Assembly (NCBI GenBank): GCA_964639355.1
Contig: CAZXCP010000005.1
Coordinates: forward strand, 4,286-68,285
Reading direction: 5' to 3'
From: an uncultured Ignavibacteriaceae bacterium
GTDB taxonomy: Bacteria; Bacteroidota; Ignavibacteria; Ignavibacteriales; Ignavibacteriaceae
DNA length: 64,000 nt
Every line of letters begins with the position of its first letter. The stretch's first letter is position 1. Of this stretch, positions 1 through 9,429 are shown piece after piece. The position numbers were made by a program, and so were the translations under genes. A model generated the notes under the pieces. That model ran no database searches. It was given only the letters and a program-made list of their open reading frames with translations, and was not told the DNA's origin.

Positions 1-1
1 G

Positions 2-1042
2 ATGAGGATTAACTGCACAACATGCGGCGGCGGAGGTACTCCGCGTTATCAGGGTGACTATGATGCAATCTATGCACTGAATAATATTTCTTTATCAATG
101 TGGACAGATTTCCGCAATGGTCAGTTTGGAAGTTTCGTTGGCTACTTTCCTGATTTTGCTATGAAAGCAGGACCAAATTCGCAGAATATTGAGAATGATG
201 CTGACAGTGTTTTTTATACCGTAAGTGTTCCGGCAGTAAAACTTTATGATCAATCAGTTACTTTCACTGCTACTGTTTCTCCTACTCCTTTGAGCGGTAC
301 ATTAACCATCGATTTTCCTGACGCTGAAACACTTACCAGCTATCCTGATTCCGTAAGAATGAGGATAAGGACATCAGGTTTCGTTACTCTTGGTAATTAT
401 ACTATCACAGTTACCGGCAGCGGACCGTTTGGTGTTCCGGTTCATAAACGAACTGTTCAATTAACAGTTGAGGAAGTTATTCCTGCAGAACTTGTATCGT
501 TCAGTGCTTATACTAATCTAAATAACGTTACTTTAAATTGGATTACTGCCTCAGAAATCAATAACCGCGGATTTGAAATTGAACGTAGAGTTAGTCAATC
601 TGCAAATTGGGTAACAATTGGTTTTGTTGACGGAAACGGTACTACAACCCTTTCAACAAATTATAGTTTTAATGATATGAATGTTGATGCTGGTGAGTAT
701 GCATACAGGCTAAAACAGATGGATTATGATGGATCCTTTGAGTACTCACAATCAGTTGAAGTTGAAATTCTACTTCCACTCTATTATTCTCTTGAGCAGA
801 ATTATCGTAATCCGTTTAATCCAGTTACAAAAATAAATTATTCGATTCCAAAGGCAGGATCTGTCAGGATAGCATTGTACGACGTGCTTGGTAATGAAGT
901 TAAAACGATTGTTGATACATATCAGGACATAGGAAGATATGAGATTTTGTTTGACGCTTCTGGATTAGCGAGCGGCGTATATTACTACAGAATCCAAACA
1001 GGTGAATTTACTTCAACAAAAAAACTTATGTTGATGAAGTAG
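2..1042 (+). CDS. T9SS-sorted secreted protein, N-terminus cut by window edge
   Basis: ORF is open at the window start. C-terminal part has the pre-CTD module (IPAELVSFSA...NWITASEINNRGFEIERR...YRLKQMDYDGSFEYS). It is followed by a type-A T9SS sorting domain (LEQNYRNPFNP...YDVLGNEV...SGVYYYRIQTGEFTSTKKLMLMK). Confidence 0.8.
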   Translation: MRINCTTCGGGGTPRYQGDYDAIYALNNISLSMWTDFRNGQFGSFVGYFPDFAMKAGPNSQNIENDADSVFYTVSVPAVKLYDQSVTFTATVSPTPLSGTLTIDFPDAETLTSYPDSVRMRIRTSGFVTLGNYTITVTGSGPFGVPVHKRTVQLTVEEVIPAELVSFSAYTNLNNVTLNWITASEINNRGFEIERRVSQSANWVTIGFVDGNGTTTLSTNYSFNDMNVDAGEYAYRLKQMDYDGSFEYSQSVEVEILLPLYYSLEQNYRNPFNPVTKINYSIPKAGSVRIALYDVLGNEVKTIVDTYQDIGRYEILFDASGLASGVYYYRIQTGEFTSTKKLMLMK

Positions 1043-1067
1043 GTTTGAAATCTTCTTAATTAAAAAA

Positions 1068-1091
1068 GGGAGTCGTTGGCTCCCTTTTTTA
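1068..1091 (+). terminator. Rho-independent terminator after first cargo gene
   Basis: GGGAGTC-GTT-GGCTCCC hairpin followed by TTTTTT, about 25 nt after the stop codon. Confidence 0.6.
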
Positions 1092-1220
1092 TTGATAATT
1101 CTTAATTGATTTTTAAAAATCACTGATCTGATTGTTAATTATCTTTCAATCTGTTTATTTTTCAGAAGTGAAATAACAGGTATTATTTAACCTATGTATT
1201 ATTATTCTTCAGGGGTTTAT

Positions 1221-3239
1221 ATGAAATTCTTTCTTACTTCAATTATTCTTCTTTTTACAATAACCATTTCCACTAATAGTCTGGCTCAGGAATTTGATAT
1301 GAAATATTTCGAGGATAATTCTGAAATATATTTTTCATTCTCTGTTACAGACAGAAGCGAAATCAATAACCTGACAAGCATCATATCCATTGATAATGTT
1401 ATTGGTTATAAAGTGTTTGCCTATGCCAATGAAAATGAATTTAAAGAATTTCTTGCACTTGGTTATAAATTTGATGTTCTCACACACCCCGGGAGACTTA
1501 TTATCCCGGAGATGAGCAATGATATTGAATCAATACTTGATTGGAATGTTTATCCGACTTACGATGCTTATATCAATATGATGAACCAGTTTGCAATTAA
1601 TTATCCTGCGATCTGTCAGATAGTGGATGCAGGCAATTCTGTTCAGGGAAGGAAAATTCTTTTCGCCAAAATATCAGGTAATGTTAATCTGAAAGAAGCT
1701 AAGCCGCAGTTTATGTACACATCGTCTATGCATGGAGATGAATTAACTGGTTATGTTCTCATGCTTAGATTGATTGATTCATTGTTAACCAGTTATGGCA
1801 GTGATCCGAGGATTACTAATCTGGTCAACAATATAGAGATTTGGATTAATCCTCTTGCTAATCCCGATGGTACTTATCGCTCAGGTAATAATACTGTTTC
1901 CGGTGCCACACGGTATAACTGGAACAACTACGATCTCAACAGAAACTTTCCTGATCCCGTTGGCGGGGTAAACCCGAATCAGCAGCAGGAAACGACTGTA
2001 TTCAGGAATTTTCAGGAAGCCAATAATTTTTCACTTGTAGCAAATTTCCACGGCGGTGTTGAAGTTATGAACTATCCATGGGACAGGTGGTCAAACACCG
2101 GTTCAGGAAGCAGAACTCATCCTGATCAATCATGGTATCAGTTTATCAGCAGAATGTATGCAGATACAGCACAATTATATAGTCCATCGGGCTATATGAC
2201 ATTTATGGATAATGGAATAACTAACGGTGGTGCCTGGTATGTAATTACCGGCGGAAGACAGGATTATACCAATTACTACCGTTGGGGCAGGGAAGTAACC
2301 GCTGAAATTTCAAATACCAAAATGCCGGCTGCCTCGTTACTGCCGAATTTCTGGGAATACAACAAACGCTCATTTTTAAATTATATGCAAAGTGTTCTAT
2401 ATGGTGTAAAAGGAATCGTTACTGATACAGTCGGAACACCGCTTAAAGCTAAGATAACAGTGGTTGGACACGATGTTGACAATTCGCAAGTTTGGTCTGA
2501 TGAACAAACAGGTTTTTATTTAAGAATGCTTTCTCCCGGAACTTATACAATTAAGTATGAAGCAGCAGAGCATTACGATACTACAATTACAGGAATTTCT
2601 TTAGCATCTTATTTTTCAGTAAATCAGCTTAATGTTCAGATGAAACCGCTGGTGCCGGTTCCGGTTGAGCTTGCTTCTTTTAGTGCATCGACTAATGGAA
2701 GTAGCGTTACTTTGAATTGGATAACCGCTTCGGAAGTTAATAACAGGGGATTTGAAGTTCAAAAGTCAAAAGTCAAAATTCAAAAGTCAAAGTATGACTT
2801 CTGGGAAGTGATAAGTTTTATTGAAGGTAGGGGTACAACGACTGAACAGACAAACTATTCCTTTGAAGATAATAATTTACCTGCGGGAATTTATAATTAT
2901 AGAATAAAGCAAATTGATTTTGATGGAACATTCAGGTATTTCAATCTTGATGAATTTATTGAAATATCATCTCCCTTTACATTTGAACTATTGCAAAACT
3001 ATCCCAATCCTTTCAACCCAAGTACTCGTATTAGTTGGGAGTCACCAGTCGGCAGTCATCAAATAATTAAAGTTTATGATGTTCTTGGAAACGAAGTGAA
3101 AACATTAGTAAACGAATACAAACCGGCTGGCAGTTATGAGGTCGAATTTAATGCAAGCGGATTAGCAAGCGGAGTATATTATTATCAATTGCGAGCTGGT
3201 GAATTTATGCAAACCAAAAAAATGATTTTGGTTCGGTAA
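1221..3239 (+). CDS. M14-family zinc carboxypeptidase with T9SS sorting domain
   Basis: M14 motifs are SSMHGDELTG (HxxE zinc ligands), NPLANPDG, NRNFPD and FHGG. A carboxypeptidase-regulatory-like beta-sandwich follows (GIVTD...SPGTYTI), then the pre-CTD module and T9SS CTD. The signal peptide starts at the second ATG (MKFFLTSIILLF, 1221); the track ORF begins at 1194. Confidence 0.85.
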   Translation: MKFFLTSIILLFTITISTNSLAQEFDMKYFEDNSEIYFSFSVTDRSEINNLTSIISIDNVIGYKVFAYANENEFKEFLALGYKFDVLTHPGRLIIPEMSNDIESILDWNVYPTYDAYINMMNQFAINYPAICQIVDAGNSVQGRKILFAKISGNVNLKEAKPQFMYTSSMHGDELTGYVLMLRLIDSLLTSYGSDPRITNLVNNIEIWINPLANPDGTYRSGNNTVSGATRYNWNNYDLNRNFPDPVGGVNPNQQQETTVFRNFQEANNFSLVANFHGGVEVMNYPWDRWSNTGSGSRTHPDQSWYQFISRMYADTAQLYSPSGYMTFMDNGITNGGAWYVITGGRQDYTNYYRWGREVTAEISNTKMPAASLLPNFWEYNKRSFLNYMQSVLYGVKGIVTDTVGTPLKAKITVVGHDVDNSQVWSDEQTGFYLRMLSPGTYTIKYEAAEHYDTTITGISLASYFSVNQLNVQMKPLVPVPVELASFSASTNGSSVTLNWITASEVNNRGFEVQKSKVKIQKSKYDFWEVISFIEGRGTTTEQTNYSFEDNNLPAGIYNYRIKQIDFDGTFRYFNLDEFIEISSPFTFELLQNYPNPFNPSTRISWESPVGSHQIIKVYDVLGNEVKTLVNEYKPAGSYEVEFNASGLASGVYYYQLRAGEFMQTKKMILVR

Positions 3240-3270
3240 AATTGATGTAATCAATAAGAATATTAATAGC

Positions 3271-3300
3271 GGTTCAGACAGGAGTCTGAACCCTACCTTT
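3271..3300 (+). terminator. Hairpin terminator candidate
   Basis: Perfect 9-bp stem GGTTCAGAC-AGGA-GTCTGAACC 32 nt after the stop. The T-run after it is weak (CTACCTTT). Confidence 0.45.
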
Positions 3301-3371
3301 AGTTTGTAATTGTTAAACATTTTTTTTTATCTTGCACCCGCAGTTCATACAATCATAACAAGTATCAATCA

Positions 3372-4502
3372 ATGCGTTATAATTTTCTTTTGCTTTTAAT
3401 TTTTATTTCCTTTATTGCTTTGGCATATTCCGGATTGTATAACCATCCGACAGAAATTCTCGGCGGTACGGAATTGAACGGTAGCGGCTGTGTTTGTCAT
3501 TCTCTTGATCGTGATTATGATGTGATTGTATGGGTTGAAGGTCCAGATACTTTAATGGCTGGTCAAACCGGATTGTACAAAATGTTTATGGCTGGCGGAC
3601 CCGCAGAAGCAGGCGGCTATAATGTTGCCGGAAGATTCGGCACAATGTCCTTAACCGATACGCTTTCAAAATGGGATTATAGAACACCAAATGAACTTAT
3701 ACAGGCTTTCCCGCTTGTTTTTCCAACAACAAACGATACAATTTTCTGGGAATTTGCTTACACCGCATCTGATAGCTCTGAAACTGATACCATTTATTCA
3801 GTAGGACTAAGTCTTGTTTTCGACGGTATTCCCGATGAACTTGACAGATGGAATTATGGTCCAAAGTTTCCAATCGTAGTAACTGAAAATATTGTTCCGG
3901 TTGAGCTTGTTTCATTCAATGGTTCTGTAAATGAAAACACAGTTCACTTAAGCTGGATTACTGTATCCGAAAGTAATAATTATGGATTTGAGGTAGAAAG
4001 AAGTCAAAAGTCAAAAGTTAAAAGTCAAAGGGATTGGGAAAGAATCGGATTTGTTAGCGGTAAAGGATCAACAACAGAAATTTCAAATTATTCACTCGAA
4101 GATGATCTCACTCTCACCCACAATCTCAATCTTCCAGCCGGTAGCCAAGGTCATACGCTGCACTATCGACTAAAACAAATCGATCTGGATGGATCGTTTA
4201 CTTATTCAAACGAGATAGAAATTGAATTTGAGAATGAAATGAATTTTGCTCTTGAGCAGAATTATCCTAATCCGTTTAATCCTGCTACAATTATTAGTTA
4301 TCAGTTATCAGTTAATGGTTTTGTAAGCTTGAAAGTTTATGATGTCCTTGGAAATGAAGTAAGAACGTTAGTAAACGAATATAAACCTGCAGGAAGTTAT
4401 GAAGCAGTTTTTAATGCAAGCGGATTAAGCAGCGGAATTTATTACTATCAATTAAAATCCGGAAAATTCAATCAGGTTAAGAAAATGCTATTGATAAAGT
4501 AA
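3372..4502 (+). CDS. T9SS-sorted protein of the G-x-G-C-x-C-H family (paralog of 58007..59059 and 59104..59898)
   Basis: Signal/TM segment, then NGSGCVCHS, GPDTL..GQTG.Y, GGP...GGYNVA and TDTIYSV blocks shared with the two paralogs. Pre-CTD module and T9SS CTD follow. Confidence 0.75.
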   Translation: MRYNFLLLLIFISFIALAYSGLYNHPTEILGGTELNGSGCVCHSLDRDYDVIVWVEGPDTLMAGQTGLYKMFMAGGPAEAGGYNVAGRFGTMSLTDTLSKWDYRTPNELIQAFPLVFPTTNDTIFWEFAYTASDSSETDTIYSVGLSLVFDGIPDELDRWNYGPKFPIVVTENIVPVELVSFNGSVNENTVHLSWITVSESNNYGFEVERSQKSKVKSQRDWERIGFVSGKGSTTEISNYSLEDDLTLTHNLNLPAGSQGHTLHYRLKQIDLDGSFTYSNEIEIEFENEMNFALEQNYPNPFNPATIISYQLSVNGFVSLKVYDVLGNEVRTLVNEYKPAGSYEAVFNASGLSSGIYYYQLKSGKFNQVKKMLLIK

Positions 4503-4547
4503 GAATCAGCCCACGAGCAGATTAAATAAAATTATAATATTTGATTC

Positions 4548-6107
4548 TTATCTTCTTCGTCCACCCATACCTAAGACTCCGAAAATACCTCTTGTAATTT
4601 CTCTAATCAGAGTTCTTCCAACCTGTTTAGATAATTGACTATCAAGTACTTTCTCTGTAGTACTTTTTGTTCTTCTTGTACTCTGCCTTCCGGGTGCCGG
4701 CTGCTGGTAAGTTGGTATCTGCTGCTTAGGAATTTTGAGATCTAAATTTTCCGAAGCTGAAATTTTTTTAGTCAGTATTTCGTAGGCACTTTCTCTGTCG
4801 ATTTCCTGATTGTATTTATTAATCAATTTCGAATTGCTTATCAGGTTATCAATTTCCTGTTGCGAGAGAATATCCATCCTGGATTTAGGTGCACAGAGCA
4901 AAGTGGCTGAGAGGGGAGTCGGATTTCCTTTTTCATTTAATACTGAAATGGCTGCTTCACCAATACCCAGTGATGTTAAAAGCTCATCCGTTTTATAATA
5001 TTCCGATACAGGATAATTTTCAGATGTTAATTTAATCATTTTTCTATCGGCTGCTGTAAATGCTCTGAGAGCGTGCTGAATTTTTAATCCTAACTGACTG
5101 AGTACACTTGCCGGTACATCTGTTGGATTCTGTGTGCAGAAATAAATTCCAACTCCTTTTGAACGAACCAGCTTAATAATCGTTTCGATTTGGTCCAACA
5201 ATGCTTTGGATGCTTCTTTAAATATAAGGTGAGCTTCATCAATTACTATAACAAGTTTAGGCTGATCAAGGTCACCTTCTTCAGGTAATGTCTGATATAT
5301 TTCAGCGAGAAGGCAGAGCATAAAAGTTGAAAATAATTTCGGCTTATCCTGAATATCAGTCAGACGAATAATTGAAATGATACCGTTTCCATTTTCATCT
5401 ATTCTTAATAAATCTTCTACCTCAAAAGATCTTTCACCAAAGAATTTATTTGCTCCCTGCTGTTCAAGTTCAATAACTTTTCTAAGTATTGTTCCTGTTG
5501 AAGCGGTTGAAATCTTCCCGTATTCCTTCTCAATCTCAGAGTTGCCTTCGTTGGATAAATATTGAAGAGTTTTCTTCAAATCTTTTAAATCAAGCAGCGG
5601 AAGATGATGATCATCGCAGTATTTGAAGATCATAGAGATTATACTCGACTGCGCTTCGCTAAGCTCTAATATTTTCGAAAGCAGAACCGGTCCGAATTCA
5701 GAAACTGTTGCACGAAGACGCACTCCCTTTTCATCCGAAATTGAAAGTAATTCTACAGGATATTTTTTAGGAGTGTATTCCAATCCAATGTGTTGATGCC
5801 GCTCTGCTATTTTTTCATTATTGATACCATACGCTGCAATTCCGCTCAAATCACCTTTAATGTCCATCAATAGAACAGGAATACTTTTATCGGATAGGCT
5901 TTCAGCAAATAGTTGAACAGTTTTGGTTTTCCCGGTCCCGGTTGCGCCAGCTATAAGTCCGTGACGATTCAGTGTTTTTAGAGGTATTTTAATATGAGCA
6001 TTAGTGATTGGCTCATTATTAAAAATTGATGTACCGATTACGAGCGAGTCACCTTTGAAAGAATATCCATCTGTTATATGCTGAATAAAGTTTTCCTTTG
6101 CTGACAT
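4548..6107 (-). CDS. yjgR: YjgR/DUF853-family (HerA-like) P-loop NTPase
   Basis: Walker A RHGLIAGATGTGKT and Walker B region LVIVIDEAHLIF. End-to-end resemblance to E. coli YjgR as I recall it, including the basic C-terminal tail (...GMGGRRR). Confidence 0.88.
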   Translation of the reverse strand: MSAKENFIQHITDGYSFKGDSLVIGTSIFNNEPITNAHIKIPLKTLNRHGLIAGATGTGKTKTVQLFAESLSDKSIPVLLMDIKGDLSGIAAYGINNEKIAERHQHIGLEYTPKKYPVELLSISDEKGVRLRATVSEFGPVLLSKILELSEAQSSIISMIFKYCDDHHLPLLDLKDLKKTLQYLSNEGNSEIEKEYGKISTASTGTILRKVIELEQQGANKFFGERSFEVEDLLRIDENGNGIISIIRLTDIQDKPKLFSTFMLCLLAEIYQTLPEEGDLDQPKLVIVIDEAHLIFKEASKALLDQIETIIKLVRSKGVGIYFCTQNPTDVPASVLSQLGLKIQHALRAFTAADRKMIKLTSENYPVSEYYKTDELLTSLGIGEAAISVLNEKGNPTPLSATLLCAPKSRMDILSQQEIDNLISNSKLINKYNQEIDRESAYEILTKKISASENLDLKIPKQQIPTYQQPAPGRQSTRRTKSTTEKVLDSQLSKQVGRTLIREITRGIFGVLGMGGRRR

Positions 6108-6172
6108 CGTTACCTCAAAAAGTGGTTAAGTTATTCGAACAAATATTGAAGAACAAAATAATACTATTAAGA

Positions 6173-6191
6173 GGGAGAAGATTTTTCTCCC
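6173..6191 (-). terminator. Hairpin terminator candidate for DUF3078-like gene
   Basis: On the minus strand, GGGAGAA-AAATC-TTCTCCC followed by a T-rich stretch, 14 nt after the stop at 6205. Confidence 0.45.
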
Positions 6192-6204
6192 CCTTAAGAT
6201 TGTG

Positions 6205-7050
6205 TTAAAACAAAGTATAAACTATACCTATTTGTAATGCTTCTTTTAATTGTGTTTTTCTTGTTTGACTAATCTCATGAACAATCGATACTGCAAGATT
6301 AACATTTATGTACTTATTAACTTTTGCAGTAATTATATTATCCCACCTTACATCCCACACATCAATCGAATCAAATCTGGAGAATAATCTGAGAAAAGTG
6401 CTGTACTGCATATTTTCCATAAAAGAGTATTTTGCCTGAGTTACAGATTCGATACCGCTTTCAATTTTAAGTTTCTCTAATTCTTCTGTATCGGGATCAT
6501 TTGTGTATTTAAGTGCAAACTTGTCTGCTATGGTCTGTTGGACCGCTATACCAAGGCGGGACGAAAAGTTATCTGAAGGTTCGAATAAGAAACCGAGTGC
6601 CTCAGTGATATATCCCGGATCGAAGAATGCAACTATCTGTTCAGCGGGATCGAGCTTGTAATCATATCCTTTAGTTATCGCAGTTCGCACTGTAACTGCA
6701 AAATATGGGTCAACAGCCCATCCTATCTTTCTTGAAATGATGCTCTCGAAATATATTTCATTATCAGTGGTTCGATAACCTGCATCCTCTATGTTTGTTC
6801 TGCCAAAGGAAGCTTTCAATAAATTCTTCCATTTCCAGGGATCGCTTAAATAAGCTGTACCAACATTTGTATATGCCACAAATGCCAGTGAGTTGGAACC
6901 GCCCTGTGTCCAGTTTTTAAATGCAACCTGGCTTAAATTTAATCCAACAACACCAAATGGATTCCACCCTTCTGTAAGTGAAGTATCCGCAGGCTGTGCT
7001 GCAAGTTTAATTGATACTAAAAATAATGTTATAATTAATAGCTTTTTCAT
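6205..7050 (-). CDS. DUF3078-like outer-membrane protein
   Basis: Signal peptide (MKKLLIITLFLVSIKLAAQ). N-terminal NLSQVAFKNWTQGGSNSLAF block is typical of DUF3078 proteins; the family call is from memory. Confidence 0.65.
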   Translation of the reverse strand: MKKLLIITLFLVSIKLAAQPADTSLTEGWNPFGVVGLNLSQVAFKNWTQGGSNSLAFVAYTNVGTAYLSDPWKWKNLLKASFGRTNIEDAGYRTTDNEIYFESIISRKIGWAVDPYFAVTVRTAITKGYDYKLDPAEQIVAFFDPGYITEALGFLFEPSDNFSSRLGIAVQQTIADKFALKYTNDPDTEELEKLKIESGIESVTQAKYSFMENMQYSTFLRLFSRFDSIDVWDVRWDNIITAKVNKYINVNLAVSIVHEISQTRKTQLKEALQIGIVYTLF

Positions 7051-7114
7051 TTTATTCCTTGTATTAAATTATTATGATTTTGAATTAATAAATTCAATAT
7101 TTTGTTGTTATTAT

Positions 7115-7384
7115 TTAAACAGCTACGTTTAATACCTGCTCGACTTTAAAAGGAAAGTTGAAGAAAAAGTGATCTTTATCTTCAGAAATTATTTTATCTT
7201 TGGTCAGGTAGTACTTCTCCACCGGGGAATTGTTTTTTAAATCTTTTTGATAAATCAGATAAAGACCTTCTTCAAAATAAAACTTAAGCAATCTTATTTT
7301 TTTATGAGTAGCAAAGAAAGGCATATCGATCGAGACTTTTCGCAATATTCCGTTTTTTTCAACATACAAATAAATGGTTCTCAT
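7115..7384 (-). CDS. Hypothetical small protein
   Basis: 89-aa ORF with AAGGAA a few nt upstream of the ATG. No recognisable motif. Confidence 0.4.
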   Translation of the reverse strand: MRTIYLYVEKNGILRKVSIDMPFFATHKKIRLLKFYFEEGLYLIYQKDLKNNSPVEKYYLTKDKIISEDKDHFFFNFPFKVEQVLNVAV

Positions 7385-7507
7385 AATTTCCTTTTTTTAT
7401 TACTGTGAAATTAATCTTAATGCTATACAAATGAAACTTAATGCCGGATTTTATAGATGCTAAATTTTGATTTCATTATATTTCCACAGCAAAAATTAAG
7501 TAAAGTG

Positions 7508-9184
7508 ATGAAAAAACTTCTGCCCATTTTATTATTAACTTTTATACTTCAGCATTTATCACTTGGACAAGTTGAGAATGTACAGATTACGCATCCCGTG
7601 TACATATTTCTTAAAGAAATGAAAGTTAAAACCATTATTGATTATTTCAGGGAAGATGAATCTGTTATATCAAGATTTGAAGTTTACAATCTCCTGAAAG
7701 GAATATCCGGGAAAAATAATCTTCTAAGCAAAACAGAGAATAGATTGCTTGAAAAGTATCTTACTGAATTTTCTGATGAACTGAACGATGAGAAAACTAG
7801 CTATCTCTTTAATCCGGATAATAGCTTCGTCTCAAATCTTTCAGAAGTTTTTTCCAACAAAATAAAATACGTTTATGCTTATCAGGATGAAGCCGCTAAC
7901 CTTTATTTAGAAGCATTAGGCAATTTCTACCATGGTCACAGATTTAATCCGGATGTTAATAACGCAAACCTTTTTGATATAGGATTCCGATTGAGAGGTA
8001 CCGTATTCGACAAACTTGGATACAATCTTACTGTTATTAAAGGTGGTGTCAGCGGCAATTTTGATCTTGCTGAAACGATTGAACCAAGACTGCTTACAAA
8101 CTTCAAATGGATTGAAGCTGGTGAAAACATAGGTAACTATGATTATACCTTTGGATATCTGAAGTATCATACTTCTCCCGTTAAACGTATGAACCTTTCA
8201 GTTCAATTGGGCAGAGAAGATATTACTTTGGGTTATGGATATGGAAGTAAATTAGTTTTATCCGGTGATAATCCGGCAATGGATTTTGTAAAATTCAATT
8301 TTGATTACGGAGTTATTCATTTTTCCTCTTTGCATGCATCAACATTGGGCCCATTCAGTTTCGATATGAAAGAAAGATATACTAAGTATTTTGCGTTTAA
8401 TAAACTCAAAATTGCCATTCCCGATCTTTTTGATATTGGAATCGGCGAATCAATAATTTACTCCGGCCGAGGATTAGAACTTGGATATTTAAGTCCGATT
8501 AATTTCTATAAGTTTGTTGAAATGGCAATTCAGGATAGAGATAATGCAAACGTTTTTATTGACTTGCAGACTAAATTTATTAAGAATATTGAACTGCAAG
8601 GCACATTCTTTCTGGATGAAAATATTCTTTCAAATTTACAGGATCTGAAATTATTCTCGAATAAAACCGCTTATCAGATTGGCGGATTCTGGTATGAAGC
8701 ATTTGGCATTTCTGACCTGGCACTTATACTTGAGTACACAAGAATTCGTCCGTTTACCTACACACATTTCAATGAAAAGAATAACTATTCTTCGCACGGA
8801 GTTAATTTAGGTCATCGTATAGGTCCTAATGCTGATGAGTTATTAACAAGATTGACATATAACTATAACGAAAATCTTCGGTTCTCATTTGAGCATCGAT
8901 TAGTTAGAAAAGGGGAGAATGAATATGATGAGTCAGGCAACTTAATCCGTAATGTGGGGAGCGATATTTTTCAAACTCATGGTGAAGTCCCCGACAGCAC
9001 TCATTATTTCTTTCTGGATGGTATAAGGGTGAACAAAAATATTTTCAGACTGGGAATAACAATAGAACCAATGCGTGATTTCATTTTTGATATATCGTAT
9101 AACCATATTTATACAGACCACATCTCAAACAATATTAATTCCGACCATAATTATCTTCTTTTGAAATTTATACTTGAGTATTAG
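7508..9184 (+). CDS. Outer-membrane protein, capsule-assembly Wzi-like
   Basis: Signal peptide starts at the internal ATG (MKKLLPILLLTF; track ORF starts at 7457). LGREDITLGYGYGSKLVLSGDNPAMDFVKF resembles the Wzi family core. Sequence is beta-rich with an aromatic C-terminus. Confidence 0.5.
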   Translation: MKKLLPILLLTFILQHLSLGQVENVQITHPVYIFLKEMKVKTIIDYFREDESVISRFEVYNLLKGISGKNNLLSKTENRLLEKYLTEFSDELNDEKTSYLFNPDNSFVSNLSEVFSNKIKYVYAYQDEAANLYLEALGNFYHGHRFNPDVNNANLFDIGFRLRGTVFDKLGYNLTVIKGGVSGNFDLAETIEPRLLTNFKWIEAGENIGNYDYTFGYLKYHTSPVKRMNLSVQLGREDITLGYGYGSKLVLSGDNPAMDFVKFNFDYGVIHFSSLHASTLGPFSFDMKERYTKYFAFNKLKIAIPDLFDIGIGESIIYSGRGLELGYLSPINFYKFVEMAIQDRDNANVFIDLQTKFIKNIELQGTFFLDENILSNLQDLKLFSNKTAYQIGGFWYEAFGISDLALILEYTRIRPFTYTHFNEKNNYSSHGVNLGHRIGPNADELLTRLTYNYNENLRFSFEHRLVRKGENEYDESGNLIRNVGSDIFQTHGEVPDSTHYFFLDGIRVNKNIFRLGITIEPMRDFIFDISYNHIYTDHISNNINSDHNYLLLKFILEY

Positions 9185-9429
9185 CATTATAAGCTAGTTC
9201 CAATTAGTTGATTAAAATCAACTGTTCCTGCTGACAAATAACTTTTATCTCATAAATGAAAATAAAGTGCTATAAAATTCTTCATTTTTAGAACGACAAT
9301 TCAGTAATATCAATGATTTGATGGAATTAATGGATGTTATTTACTAAATTTTGCTGAAAAAATTAAGGAATGACATTTGTTAATCTTTGATGACAATGAA
9401 CCATTAATCAATATTAAAGGATAACGTTT

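Noticed and set aside
9206-9223. 18-nt palindrome AGTTGATT-AA-AATCAACT after the Wzi-like gene, considered as a terminator
   Set aside because: The stem is AT-only with a 2-nt loop and no following T-run. It might be a protein-binding site, but I have no supporting evidence.
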